From assembly GCF_001194135.2 (NCBI RefSeq), contig NC_068984.1:12993081-13057080 (forward strand): a DNA stretch of 64,000 nt. Reading direction: 5' to 3'. Under the pieces are notes generated by a model, which saw only the letters and a list, made by a program, of their open reading frames with translations, searched no databases and was not told where the DNA came from. The position numbers and the translations under genes are program-made. Of the stretch, positions 52,341 to 64,000 are shown piece by piece (the first letter of the stretch is position 1; each line of letters starts with the position of its first letter). This stretch comes from Octopus bimaculoides. Its lineage: Eukaryota.

Positions 52341-53930
52341 AACGCTGGAACGGAATAACGATTCATTCAGGGTAGATGTTGTGCTATCGATGACTAATGC
52401 ATCTATAAAACCGAGTAACTGGCCTAGGGTTCAGAAAAAAAAAAATGTAACTTGAAGGAGATTAATTTTTTATTTGTAGTAGGTCGAGCTATAGTGTAGC
52501 GGCTCCCTCGTAATTGCTTGATCGAATTCTTCCGAACGACAATGGTTGGTAAGGCGAAAGCACAGACTGTGAACGAGAGGAAAATAATAGAAAGATAGAT
52601 ACATAGACACAGAGAATGATAGGGAATGAGATAAAGAGTGAAAGAGAAAAGGAGAATGAAACGTGGCACAGGAAAAAAAGAGCTCATGGGGGAAGGAGAA
52701 AGAGTTTAAAGACTTCGGAGCTGTTATATATTTCAGAAATGCATGAAGAATTTCGTAATATGTCTTACGTATATAAAAGTAAGCCTTAATGTCTATATGG
52801 TTCTACATCAAATTTATGAACCAATGAGGAAGCCCTTAAATTATCGCCCGACCAGATAGAATTAACTACGAAATCCTACTTAAATTACTCACCACTATCA
52901 CGAAAGCGAAAGGACGTCGTTGAACAATGGAGTCTTAGATGTCTGTGAAAGCAAATGAGAAGGTCACGGCAAGAACGTCTATGATTGTATAGATAGGCAT
53001 GATTGCTCAAAACTGACCTCGTGCGGATGACCACCATTATCAGCACACCACTCCGTCACCACCACCACCACCACTAACACCACCACCAACACCACCGCCT
53101 TCCCATCACACCACCGCCCCATCACGACCTCCACCAAAATCATCGTCAACGTTATCACCAGAACTACCCCGACCACCACGTCGACGACGAAGATGAGCAC
53201 CNNNNNNNNNNNNNNNNNNNNNNNNNNNNNNNNNNNNNNNNNNNNNNNNNNNNNNNNNNNNNNNNNNNNNNNNNNNNNNNNNNNNNNNNNNNNNNNNNNN
53301 NNNNNNNNNNNNNNNNNNNNNNNNNNNNNNNNNNNNNNNNNNNNNNNNNNNNNNNNNNNNNNNNNNNNNNNNNNNNNNNNNNNNNNNNNNNNNNNNNNNN
53401 NNNNNNNNNNNNNNNNNNNNNNNNNNNNNNNNNNNNNNNNNNNNNNNNNNNNNNNNNNNNNNNNNNNNNNNNNNNNNNNNNNNNNNNNNNNNNNNNNNNN
53501 NNNNNNNNNNNNNNNNNNNNNNNNNNNNNNNNNNNNNNNNNNNNNNNNNNNNNNNNNNNNNNNNNNNNNNNNNNNNNNNNNNNNNNNNNNNNNNNNNNNN
53601 NNNNNNNNNNNNNNNNNNNNNNNNNNNNNNNNNNNNNNNNNNNNNNNNNNNNNNNNNNNNNNNNNNNNNNNNNNNNNNNNNNNNNNNNNNNNNNNNNNNN
53701 NNNNNNNNNNNNNNNNNNNNNNNNNNNNNNNNNNNNNNNNNNNNNNNNNNNNNNNNNNNNNNNNNNNNNNNNNNNNNNNNNNNNNNNNNNNNNNNNNNNN
53801 NNNNNNNNNNNNNNNNNNNNNNNNNNNNNNNNNNNNNNNNNNNNNNNNNNNNNNNNNNNNNNNNNNNNNNNNNNNNNNNNNNNNNNNNNNNNNNNNNNNN
53901 NNNNNNNNNNNNNNNNNNNNNNNNNNNNNN

Positions 53931-53944
<14 letters not shown>

Positions 53945-53962
<18 letters not shown>

Positions 53963-54260
53963 TATAATAGATGTTTTGATAGGCGCACTCACTCGTATAT
54001 AGAGATAAATATACACAAAAATATATTCATATGCAAGCATGCTCAAAATTTTATATATAGATGTGTGTGAGTGTATATATATATATATGTGTGTGTGTGT
54101 GTTTGTGTTTGTGTTTATGTAGTATATATATATGTATATGTAATAGATGTTTTGATATGCTCACTCATTGATATATTCAGATAAATATACAAAAACATAT
54201 ATTCACATGCACGCATGCTCAAAATTTTATATATAGATGTGTGTGTGCGTATGTCTGTTT

Positions 54261-54300
<40 letters not shown>
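53945..54300. repeat. Diverged tandem duplication of a unit of about 180 bp
   Basis: TAATAGATGTTTTGATA...GCATGCTCAAAATTTTATATATAGATGTGTGTG occurs twice in tandem with several substitutions. Confidence 0.85.
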
Positions 54301-54306
<6 letters not shown>

Positions 54307-54388
54307 ATGTGAATTTTGATAGTAGAATGCTATGACCGAGACAGCGACCTGTAACGTACTCTACAATAACATGAATAACTGCACACAA

Positions 54389-54491
<103 letters not shown>

Positions 54492-54946
54492 GTACATGTG
54501 TGTGTCTGCGTTCATATGTGGGTGGCTGCGTATTTGCGAGCGCCTTTGTGTCAAGTAAGGCCTAGCACCGTGAGTGTTTCGGTATAGATATTCGTTGATG
54601 TTTACTCAGTACAATATCATTTTCTACATACCTTCATATGCAACTATTTTGTATACTAACGTAGCTATGATCGTCCTACTAAAGTATACAAACACGAGAA
54701 CTTTAGAGAAAGTTAGAAAACAATAATACACTTGCTTATCAATGATATTAGGCTTGCCGGGCGGCTCATTCATCCATTACTTCACAAGTGCAGCAGACCC
54801 CGGAGACCGGTTACATACAACGAGTGTCATTGAGAAGGTGTCTCATTTATCAAATCGACATGGCATAAAACCATGTGAACCATTTTACACTTCGTCCCCA
54901 AAAGGAAAACTTGTGTGTGTGTGTCTGTGTGTGTGCATGTGTGATT

Positions 54947-54996
<50 letters not shown>

Positions 54997-55160
54997 CACA
55001 GGAAAGTGAAACTAATGACAATTGGTGTTCACACACTTTAATCGATCTGATAATTTCAGTGACATTTTTCACGCTGTTAACCATAAATATAAAGCTTGAT
55101 CATTATTATAATTTTTATTGTAAGTAGTTACTTTTGTTGTTCATCACCACCACCACCACC

Positions 55161-55445
55161 ACTAGTACTTATTCTATCGGTCTCTTTTGCCGAACCGCTA
55201 TATTACGGTGACGTAAACCCACCAGCATCGGTTTTCAAGTGATGTTGGGGGACAAACACAGAAACACAAACACATACACACACACATATATATACATATA
55301 TACGACGGGCTTCTTTCAGTTTCCGTCTACCAAATTTACTCACAAGGCTATAGTAGAAGACACTTGCCCAAAGTGCTTCGCAGTGGGACTGAACCCCGAA
55401 CCACGTGGCTGGTAAGTACTTACCACACAGCCACTCCTACGCCTA
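55161..55445 (-). mobile_element. SINE family A, 3'-truncated, with a small internal deletion
   Basis: Head intact on the minus strand; TTGGTCGGCCCGAGGCT deleted between AGGCT repeats near 55345. Confidence 0.9.
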
Positions 55446-55729
55446 CATTATTTACATAATTCCTCATCTCTTAAACATAAAACTGAAATTACATTAATAT
55501 TACAAACTATTATATGTTCCTTTAGTTTGCAAGGATTTTATCTCGAGGCTTTTGTTACATTTTTCTTAAAATCTTCAGTTTCTTGCTTAGACTGACATGT
55601 TTCTGCGGGTCTACATTTCCAATATCTGTCAGTAATTACGGTGTTGTGCCAAGCGTACCAATTATTACAGAAACAACTGGTTAACTCCTGATATTTTACA
55701 ATTTCCTCATTTTCATTTTATTAATTCAA

Positions 55730-57030
55730 CTTTCTCTCTTGTCTTTTGTCTTCAGCAATGACTCGTTTTCGTGCTTTAGTAGTACGATCAGTCTTTATAA
55801 AGAATTGCTATACAATCCTGTAATCATAATTTACCGTTACAGCTTCTCGTCTGAGTTTTTAAAAAGCTCATTTCTATCACTTTCAGTCTCACACTCAGTT
55901 AACATTGTAATACACTCTTTTACTGAAAAGAGTCATACCTGGTCTCACACTCTTTTATGCTACCTTCCAGTATTCACTTAAAAGCTGGTTAATACTTTCG
56001 TCTATTTTACCACAGATTCTGCGTTTCCTCTGTGGTCGAAGTTTTTCGATCTTTGTCTTTATCAATTTCGTTCTGATGTCTTGTTCCTAAATGGCTATAA
56101 TTGAAAATTCAGATTCTAGTTTTGGTTTCCATCTGTCACGCACAGCCAGCGTTCGCCACTCCCAGAATAGGTTTATTGCATAAATTGCCTATACAATTGT
56201 CTTTTCTTCTTGGATTCTCTCAGCTCAGTTTCCATGATTTATTAGATATTTCTGGTCGTATATAAATTTCTTCCTTTACTATACTCAACAGAATTATTCA
56301 AACACAATATCACAAGACTGATGTGATTCTGCATTGAACACATTTCTGCTTCCTTGTCTTCGTGGTAAATAAACCCTTTCGATATGAAGTTTTGTATAGT
56401 GAGCGTTATGCGTGGTGTGTAGATTCTCAGTTCTACGATACAACTCATGTGGATCTGTTAAAAGATCTGTATAATTCAATTTGAAAAAAAAGCAGAATAT
56501 CTCAGAACGGGTATTGCTTACGTATTAATTGCCTTGATATCATACTTTTTTTTAGTTTCGTTTCGGGCATCTTCCGAATCATTCTTTTGTACTCTTCGTC
56601 GACATTTTTTCTTATTTCTCTTTCCATTACTTTATCACCTTGCAACGCTTCGAGGTACTTATTCCCTTCATTCTCTCTCAGTAAACAAAACATATCATCG
56701 TCTGCTATCTTTATACCATTGCATTCAATCTTCCGATTTCTTTTCATTATTAAAGCTGCCCGTTTAATATCCCTAATATCCTTGCTAATTATTCCTACTG
56801 TTCCAACAAGGGGAAAAAAGTCTTTATCATTTTTGTTGCATAGTTTGAGGTCCCCCGTACGTAGCAGATAATTTATTTTCAACCTGGTCTTATCAAGCTC
56901 GTTCGCAGGGCTGCATTTACTCAGTATGCAACACATTACAATGAAGTCAGCCACCAAAAGTAGTGGAGAGTGTGTCTCCCTGTAACAGACAACCATCCTT
57001 CGTATTTTCACATTTTCCAATGACTTCCTT
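55730..57030 (-). mobile_element. Second R4/Dong-like RLE retrotransposon fragment (RT to RLE), decayed
   Basis: Track ORF 56502-57020: VKIRR..CYRETHSPLL, INYLLRTGDLKL (HLLYMDDLKL-like), EGNKYL, EEYKR. Further on, KLESEFSIIA..Q.IRTKLIK..RICG..ES and IKTDRTTKARKR resemble the CCHC and RLE regions. Confidence 0.8.
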
Positions 57031-57245
57031 CGACGTTTTAGCTTTACTCCATTTTTATAAAAGCAAAACTCTTAATTTTCTTATTCATAATCAGTGTCCT
57101 CAAGTACTCCAACAACCAAAATTTCGAAACTTTATCGTAGGATTTCTCAAAATCCATCCAATCAAGGTTTACACCTTTATTTCTTGTTCGTACCACGTTT
57201 AATATCTTGCTAACGATATTTAACAGATTAGGAGTTCATTTGCAC

Positions 57246-57460
57246 TCTTATTTCTTTATTGCCCACAAGGGGCCAAACATAGAGGGGACAAACAAGGACA
57301 GACCCAAGTGCGTAACTGGTACTTAATTTATCGACCCCGAAAGGATGAAAGGCAAAGTCGACCACGGTGGAATTTGAACTCAGAACGTAACGGCAGACGA
57401 AATACCGCTAAGCATTTCGCCTGGCGTGCCAACGTTTCTGCCAGCTCGTCGCTTTTTTCA
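57246..57460 (-). mobile_element. SINE family C (tail type i) with 18-bp TSD and internal deletion
   Basis: TTAGGAGTTCATTTGCAC at 57228-57245 and 57461-57478; lacks the second GTCGAT hairpin segment. Confidence 0.93.
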
Positions 57461-58141
57461 TTAGGAGTTCATTTGCACCCCTTTTATTCTCCTAGTAATA
57501 GATTCTTCTTCTGGAGAAAGCTATAAAATTAATCTACTATGAGGTTAGAGGTTAGTACGAGGTAAGCATGCAATACACCTGACTTCCCTTCTTTATTTTG
57601 CCCTAATGTATGGACATTGTCTTTCTTTTTTGTCATCCTTGTTGGTGCTCCATTTTGTATAAAGCCAGTGAGAAACAATTCTATACAGCATACTTGTGAG
57701 ATTTTAAACCAAAAAACCCTTACACCACATTTTCAGCATGGTTTATCACTCTCATCTCTCATCTGTAATATATATATTCTCTTGCCTTCACCTGTTTTCC
57801 ATTTTCCTTTTAAACACCAATAACCACTTTTATTGTGTTATGTTCAAACTCTTTGCTTCAAATATCTGACCAAAAGTATTTTGTCGCTTCACTATTTATG
57901 TTATGCCATTATGCTGGTTAGCATTCTCATTGTCCACCGAGTGACGCAAATTTCCTATCACTCTCTCTGTGTCCCTCTCTCTCTCTCTCTCTCTCTCTGT
58001 GCCCCCCTCTCTCTCTCTCTGCCCCCCCTCTCTCTGTCCCCCTCTCTCTCTGTCGCCCCTCTCTCTCTCTGTCCCATCTCTCTCTCTATATATATATATA
58101 TTATATATATATGCATACAAGCATATATATATATATATATA

Positions 58142-58226
58142 CAGGGTGTCCACAAAGTCTGGCTACATGGAGTAAATAAAATCATAACATAAACAATTAA
58201 ATATAAACAATAATAATTTCTTAAAG
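58142..58226 (+). mobile_element. Possible Tc1/mariner MITE end running into an N gap
   Basis: TA followed by CAGGGTGTCCACAAAG, a mariner-like TIR start, after (TA)n; the other end is not visible. Confidence 0.4.
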
Positions 58227-58484
58227 NNNNNNNNNNNNNNNNNNNNNNNNNNNNNNNNNNNNNNNNNNNNNNNNNNNNNNNNNNNNNNNNNNNNNNNNNN
58301 NNNNNNNNNNNNNNNNNNNNNNNNNNNNNNNNNNNNNNNNNNNNNNNNNNNNNNNNNNNNNNNNNNNNNNNNNNNNNNNNNNNNNNNNNNNNNNNNNNNN
58401 NNNNNNNNNNNNNNNNNNNNNNNNNNNNNNNNNNNNNNNNNNNNNNNNNNNNNNNNNNNNNNNNNNNNNNNNNNNNNNNNNNNN

Positions 58485-58521
<37 letters not shown>

Positions 58522-59206
58522 TATTCAAGTATAAGTGTATATAAATACTTGTACATACATATATAAGCGTATGTATGTACAAGACATCAATTATCGTGTC
58601 TGTTGTTATATAGTATTTGTGTCTCTTAAGTTACATGAATTAGCAGATGTCCTTGTCTTTTAGCTTTGTATGAACATAGATTGATTAAATCTGAAGCAAG
58701 GGTTGCATTCGTGACCATCATTTTTTAAATATAGATCATGGACTATCCTGCCCTAATTTATCAGTCACTTTCGTTAAAATTGTGGAGCGTGATATGAGGG
58801 AAATTTGCCCTTTCTAGTAGGTCGTACGATCGCCTTGATACTTGCTTGTTGTCTCCTGCAATTTAAGACTTAATATATATTTGTAATTATTTGAACTATA
58901 TATTAGCAGATATGATATAGGAACTATAACCAAGAATAAAACACGATTTAATTTATGTGGTTTAGTTATTTCATCCACCTCACTAATATTTAAGAAAATA
59001 GCATGAATGTCATGATTTTGTTCATTTAAGAAATGATTAGAACTGATCAGCTGTAGATGGATGAATGTGCATTCTTATGTTGAACTCGTTCGTCTGCGTT
59101 TATCGTACTGAAATCAATGTAAAAGTAATTATTCTGTAAAAATCATGTGTCTTTGCTTATATGTGTAGTGTTTATTTTCGTTTGTGGAAAAGAATTTGGA
59201 GGTCAG

Positions 59207-59328
59207 GCGGTTTAGCTTAAATGGTAAGGCATTCCAACCGGATACTGGAGGGATATGAGTTCGATCCTCATGGCTAGCTGTCCACAAATTTTTCTGCTGT
59301 TAAAAAGCCTAAAAAAAAAAAAAAAAAA
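59207..59328 (+). pseudogene. tRNA-like retrocopy: 72-nt cloverleaf relic, T-run and poly(A)
   Basis: TAGCTTAAATGGTAAGGCA (D arm/A box), perfect T arm ATGAG-TTCGATC-CTCAT, broken acceptor stem, TTTTT at about 59289 and A18 at 59311-59328. Confidence 0.6.
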
Positions 59329-60079
59329 TGGATTTTATCCTTTATATCTATACTGTTCAGAATCTATGCGTTGAATAAAATTGACCTTTCTACTTGTTCT
59401 ACTATACATTTCAGCGCTTGGAAAACAAACTTGTTTGTTTACATATGGCGTGAAATAATTATTTCTTTGTTTTTTTTTTTATCAGGCCTTGTGCCTATAA
59501 TAGAAAGGACTATAATTTCTTTTTATGTAACATTATTTATTTTCGATTACATAAGCATTAAATATATAACTTTGTTTTATGCCCAGATATCTCAAAAGTG
59601 AATAGGCAGGATTCTTTTATGAAAGGATTTATTTCTAGAAATATAATAATGTCATTTGATGCATTTAAATAAAATTTAATCTAGTATTTAGTAGACATGC
59701 TTTGTACAGATTTGATATTTTAACCCAGTTGTGGTGTTCGGACAAACAAAACGGTACAATGATGGACGGCTGTTCAATTTTGACATACCCGTGTAAGTGA
59801 AATGAATAATTTCATTCGTATGTGTAATAAATATTCTTTGCAAATATCTCTAATAAAATTTTACATTTGTTTATATGTTTTATAAACAGTTATATCGGTT
59901 ATGTATTTAATAAATATTTATTTTTGCAGATATTTTTAATATCAGTTTTTGCTCATACGTATAATGTTTATCTTCGCCTATATATGTAATATATATCTTT
60001 TTCGATTATATGTAAGAATTATTTTGTTTTTCGCTTATTTGTGTAATGAATATTTATTTTCACTTCTACTCTTTTTCTT

Positions 60080-60268
60080 TTTTACTCGCTTCATTCATTT
60101 GACTGCATCTATGCTTGATCAGTCTTGGAGAATTTTCGTCGAACAGTTCGACCTCAGTACTTATTTCATCTTTAGCCGTACCGCTAAGTTACGGGGACGT
60201 AAACACACTAACACCGATTGTCAAGTTATGACCGGGGTCAAACACAGACACAAAGACACACACACACA

Positions 60269-60304
<36 letters not shown>

Positions 60305-60447
60305 GACGGGTTTCTTTCAGTTTCCGTCTACCGAATCCACTCAAGGATTTGCTCTCTCCGAGGCAATAGTAAAAGACACTTGTCCAAGGCGTCACGCAAT
60401 AGGACTGAACCTGGAACCATGTAGTTGGGAGACAACATTCTTACCCC
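60080..60447 (-). mobile_element. SINE family A, diverged
   Basis: Reverse match with internal (CA)n(TA)n. Confidence 0.85.
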
Positions 60448-60952
60448 CGGTGTGGGTGGGGTAGTAGTGAACATTAGAGGGATGATGAGAAGATTCCACT
60501 ACTACTCCACCCCACCACCACCTGGGAAAAATGCTTTACATTCTGAGTTCAAATTCCACCTAGGTTGACTTTGCCTTTCATCCTTTGAATGTGTAACCAG
60601 TTCAGTTGGTCATACAACCAGAATGATCATCCTAGAAACAGATGAAGATCCATTTCCTTTAGTTTCTGTTTACTTATAGACATCAGCAAATGAGCCAATG
60701 AGGTAATCTCTGTGTGGTTGTTCAATTTGCTAGACATAACAGCCAAATCGTCCTTACACTATGCTGTAACATTTTTAAAATGATGGATGCATTAAATAAT
60801 GTTGCCCTACATCTTCAATAAAAATACAGAATGGCCTATTATGACCTAACCTGGGTTTAAACCGAAAGGCTTTCGTTGCAACGAATGTAAACACCAAAGA
60901 GCTTCACGAAATATATGTAAAATATACATGAAAAATATATGAAAAATATTTC

Positions 60953-61343
60953 TTTTACTCCTTTACGTGTTTCAGTCATTTGACTGCGGCCATGTTGGAG
61001 CACCGCCTTTAGTCGAGCAAATCGACCCCAGGACTTATTCTTTGTAAACATAGTACTTATTCTATCGGTCTCTTTTGCCGGATCGCTAAGTTACTGGGAC
61101 GTAAATACACCTGCATCGGTTGTCAAGCGATGTTGGGGGGGGGCATCACAGACACACAAACACATACATATACATATATACCACGGTCTTCATTCAGTTT
61201 CCGTCTACCAAATCCACTCACAAGGCTTTGGTCGGCCCGAGGCTATAGTAGAAGACATCTCCCCAAGGTGCCACGCAGTGGGACTGAATCCGGAACCATG
61301 TCGTTGGTAAGCAAGCTACTTACCACACAGCCACTCCTGCGCT
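60953..61343 (-). mobile_element. SINE family A, full length
   Basis: Head, CORE-like segment, short microsatellite, 3' module and tail all present. Confidence 0.93.
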
Positions 61344-61507
61344 TATAATATGTAAAATATTAAGGCAATTGACAAAAAATATCTAAAATAAAATTCTAAT
61401 TGATAAATATAAAATTTTATCAAAATAAAACACGCAGGTGAAGTAAATCTCGTGGTGTGAAGAATCAACACAACAGGCAGGTGAAGTGAAACACAACACA
61501 ACGTGTG

Positions 61508-61553
61508 GTTGTCATGGTAACAAGCTGTTAATGCCTTGCTGTCTGTTGATTGG
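61508..61553. promoter_or_regulatory. Candidate RFX X-box plus inverted CCAAT box
   Basis: GTTGTCATGGTAAC at 61508-61521 and ATTGG at 61549-61553 in non-repeat sequence; two CAGGTG E-boxes just upstream. Confidence 0.3.
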
Positions 61554-61882
61554 CTAAAATTACTGAAATTTTCCTAGCTTTAATTCCAAATAATATCAGA
61601 TTCTTTAATTTACGAGATAAAGTAATTGATTGATCTTAATGAAAATTCAGAGTTGCATCGATACACCAAAATTGAAAGCAATCTGACCAAAATTAAAATT
61701 AAATTTGCGAATCAATTTAACTAGATCCGAAATTACAGCATGGCATCTATAACATGAAACACCCGTAAAATATTAACAAATTTCCCATTGTCTTATATGA
61801 AGAATAATAAGGGACTTCTTAATTAACCAAATGAATAATAGAAGAAATAGAGCCGGATGAGTCTTCGATTAATCCTCTATAT

Positions 61883-62147
61883 CACTGCTTCGCAAAGTGG
61901 GCGGTATTGCACCCCCTGGGGGCGGTGGTAAGTTCCAAGGGGACGTTGAAGGAAAACAGAGTGGCGATTTATGTAAAAACAACAAAATAATGGTTTCATT
62001 AGTTTAGATTTTATTTGTGAAATACTGCTGTTTTGAGTCGGCTTCAGAAAGAGGTCTATGTTTGTGATGGTTAGTTGGGATAGGAACACTAGGAATGTGG
62101 CCTCGGTGTCTAGGGGGCGGCAGCCCGAAAATGCGTGGGAACCACTG
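61883..62147. mobile_element. hAT-Charlie-like MITE
   Basis: Left CACTGCTTCGCAAA versus right end reverse complement CAGTGGTTCCCAC; decayed 8-bp TSD CTCTATAT / ACTTATAT. Confidence 0.65.
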
Positions 62148-62479
62148 ACTTATATGGTTACGTCGACTAGAAACAATAGACGGATTCTTTCGCCTTACAC
62201 TTAAATGTCTTTAAGTATAGAAGGAGATCTTGGTTAATGTGATTCGACATACACTTTATCTGAAAAACAAAAGAAAATAAAAACAAAGCAAAATCTAAAT
62301 AAAAACCCAGAATGGTCACGGATGAGTCCCCTCTCCGTATAGGTACACTCGATCATCACTAACCTGCGTTGTAAACAACTATAACATATGGCATTTGTCA
62401 ACTTGATAATCTTATTCAATGTATCAAATTCATTTCTTACTTGTCAGATGCCCTGAACAATCTTTGTGTTACTGAGGAA

Positions 62480-63010
62480 TTTCAACCATGTTTCGTGGTC
62501 TGCTACCACAACAGCTCCTTTATAGGATCCAGTTAGCTCAAGAAATCATCAGGAGGAACCACGTCCGGTTTCGGCCCCTACTCCTCTACCGTTTTGACGT
62601 GGCGGGCCCCCCACCTTTCGGAGGTGTCTTCAGCTCTGGTGTTGGGTGCATGTCTTCTTTCTTCTATTTCCTGGCCTCTTCGATGTAGCATCAACGAGTG
62701 TCAGCGTCCGACTGATAACTTGCTGCGTTATTTGATTTCGGCCACTTAATCCTTGTCTTCTTCACGCCTATCACTGTTTGTGACTGTTCTATTTCAACTG
62801 TGGAATGTCCCTCGCTATGGTTATTTTCCAGGAGGTTCTGGCCACACGTCTTACGGTTCATCAACCCGCGTTGTTGAATTACTTTCTTCTGACATACCTT
62901 CCCTTGGTGGATTCTGAGCCCGATGTAACTAGCAAACACCTTTCCGCAGCAGCTGACGTTTTCGTTGCAATTTTACCCCGGATCGGGCTGCAAGCCCATT
63001 GATCCTTCGT
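62480..63010 (-). mobile_element. 5' fragment of a HERO-like RLE non-LTR retrotransposon (N-terminal zinc finger)
   Basis: SCCGKVFASYIGLRIHQGKVC (about 62890-62953) followed by RIKWPKSNNAASYQ, resembling the CxCGK..GL(K/R)IHQ..C and (R/K)(I/V)KWP motifs of HERO-type ORFs. Confidence 0.5.
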
Positions 63011-63089
63011 TAAGCTAATGCGTAACGAAGTTGCAAGATATGAAATATATAACATTTTCATAGCTGAAAAATGTGTCAATATTAAGTTA

Positions 63090-63469
63090 TAAATTAAGTA
63101 CCAGTTACGCACTGGGTCGATATAATCGACTTAATCCCTTTGTCTGTCCTTGTTTGTCATTATACAGAACGTAGCGGCAGACGAAATACCGCTAAACATT
63201 TTGCTCAGTTTGCTAGGGATTCTGCCAGCTCGCCGCCTTACAGAAAACACAATAATCTTTTCTACTCTAGGCACAAGGCCCAACATTTTTGGGGAGGGCC
63301 TAGTTGATTAAATCTACCTCCGTACACAACTGGTACTTAATTTATCGACCCCGAAAGGATGAAAGTCAAAGTCGACCAGGGCGGAATTTGAACTCAGAAC
63401 CTAGCGGCAGACGAAATACCGCTAAGCGTTCGCCCGGTGTGCTAACGATTCTGCCAGCTCGCCGCCTTA
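63090..63469. mobile_element. SINE family C cluster: + 3' piece (63090-63160), - head (63166-63240), - full copy with tail ii (63252-63469)
   Basis: Each piece matches the family C sequence at 38055-38288 or 20002-20209. Confidence 0.88.
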
Positions 63470-63879
63470 CACCAAGGACAATAATTATTAATAAATTGAC
63501 GGGACATTGTAAGGGTTTTATAATAATTAGTTCATTTTCCCCAATACAATGTAATTATTTGGAGGCTGTACAAATTATTTTCCGTTCACTATCCACCCAG
63601 ATATCGTTTTCTATTATCTTTGCCAACGCCATTCTATGCCTGCGAAGTAATACAAGAAAAGAATTTGGACAGAGACCAAAAGAACTCAGAATCGAGTCGA
63701 ATGGAAGATTCGATAACAAATAAGTCTTCAGAAACCACGATTTATTTTTCTGAAAAAAGTTACTGTTAACAGAAATCCATCAGGGTTGTAAGGTCAAATT
63801 AAATTTCAATTAATTTTGTTCTGTGGCACTTCTACACGGGACTGGCATTCTGTAAGTATAATACATTAGACAGGCAAAC

Positions 63880-63950
63880 AGACACGCTCACACACACATA
63901 CACACACATATACACACACTTGAACGCACGCACGCACACCCACGCAGACA

Positions 63951-63993
<43 letters not shown>

Positions 63994-64000
63994 ACACAGA
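63880..64000. repeat. (CA)n microsatellite
   Basis: Directly visible. Confidence 0.95.

Noticed and set aside
63090-63240. Sense 3' piece next to an antisense head of SINE C, as a twin-priming inversion
   Set aside because: The order and orientation do not match the twin-priming product and no TSD is visible; recorded only as a rearranged cluster.

Overview
This window is AT-rich, repeat-dominated eukaryotic DNA with many N gaps and very dense microsatellites. The SINE families and repeat landscape point to an octopod cephalopod draft assembly (inference, not verified). I cannot confidently identify any host gene. Nearly all ORFs in the supplied track are microsatellite or gap artefacts; only a few short exon candidates with good splice signals remain, two of them CUB-domain-like. 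What is well supported: (1) about 30 copies or fragments of at least five tRNA-headed SINE families, called A-E here; (2) decayed non-LTR relics of CR1/L2, Penelope-like, R4/Dong (two copies), CRE and HERO-like type; (3) a Tigger/pogo-like element and a hAT-Charlie-like MITE. The most interesting observations are an ORF1(gag)-only retroelement nested in a SINE whose 3' tail resembles one SINE-C tail type, a SINE-C/SINE-B chimera inside one target-site duplication, a degenerate Penelope-type minimal hammerhead ribozyme, and an internally deleted Dong-like element fused in frame and flanked by (TAA)n on both sides. I see no convincing wholly new system. All family names come from motif recognition by eye, without database searches.
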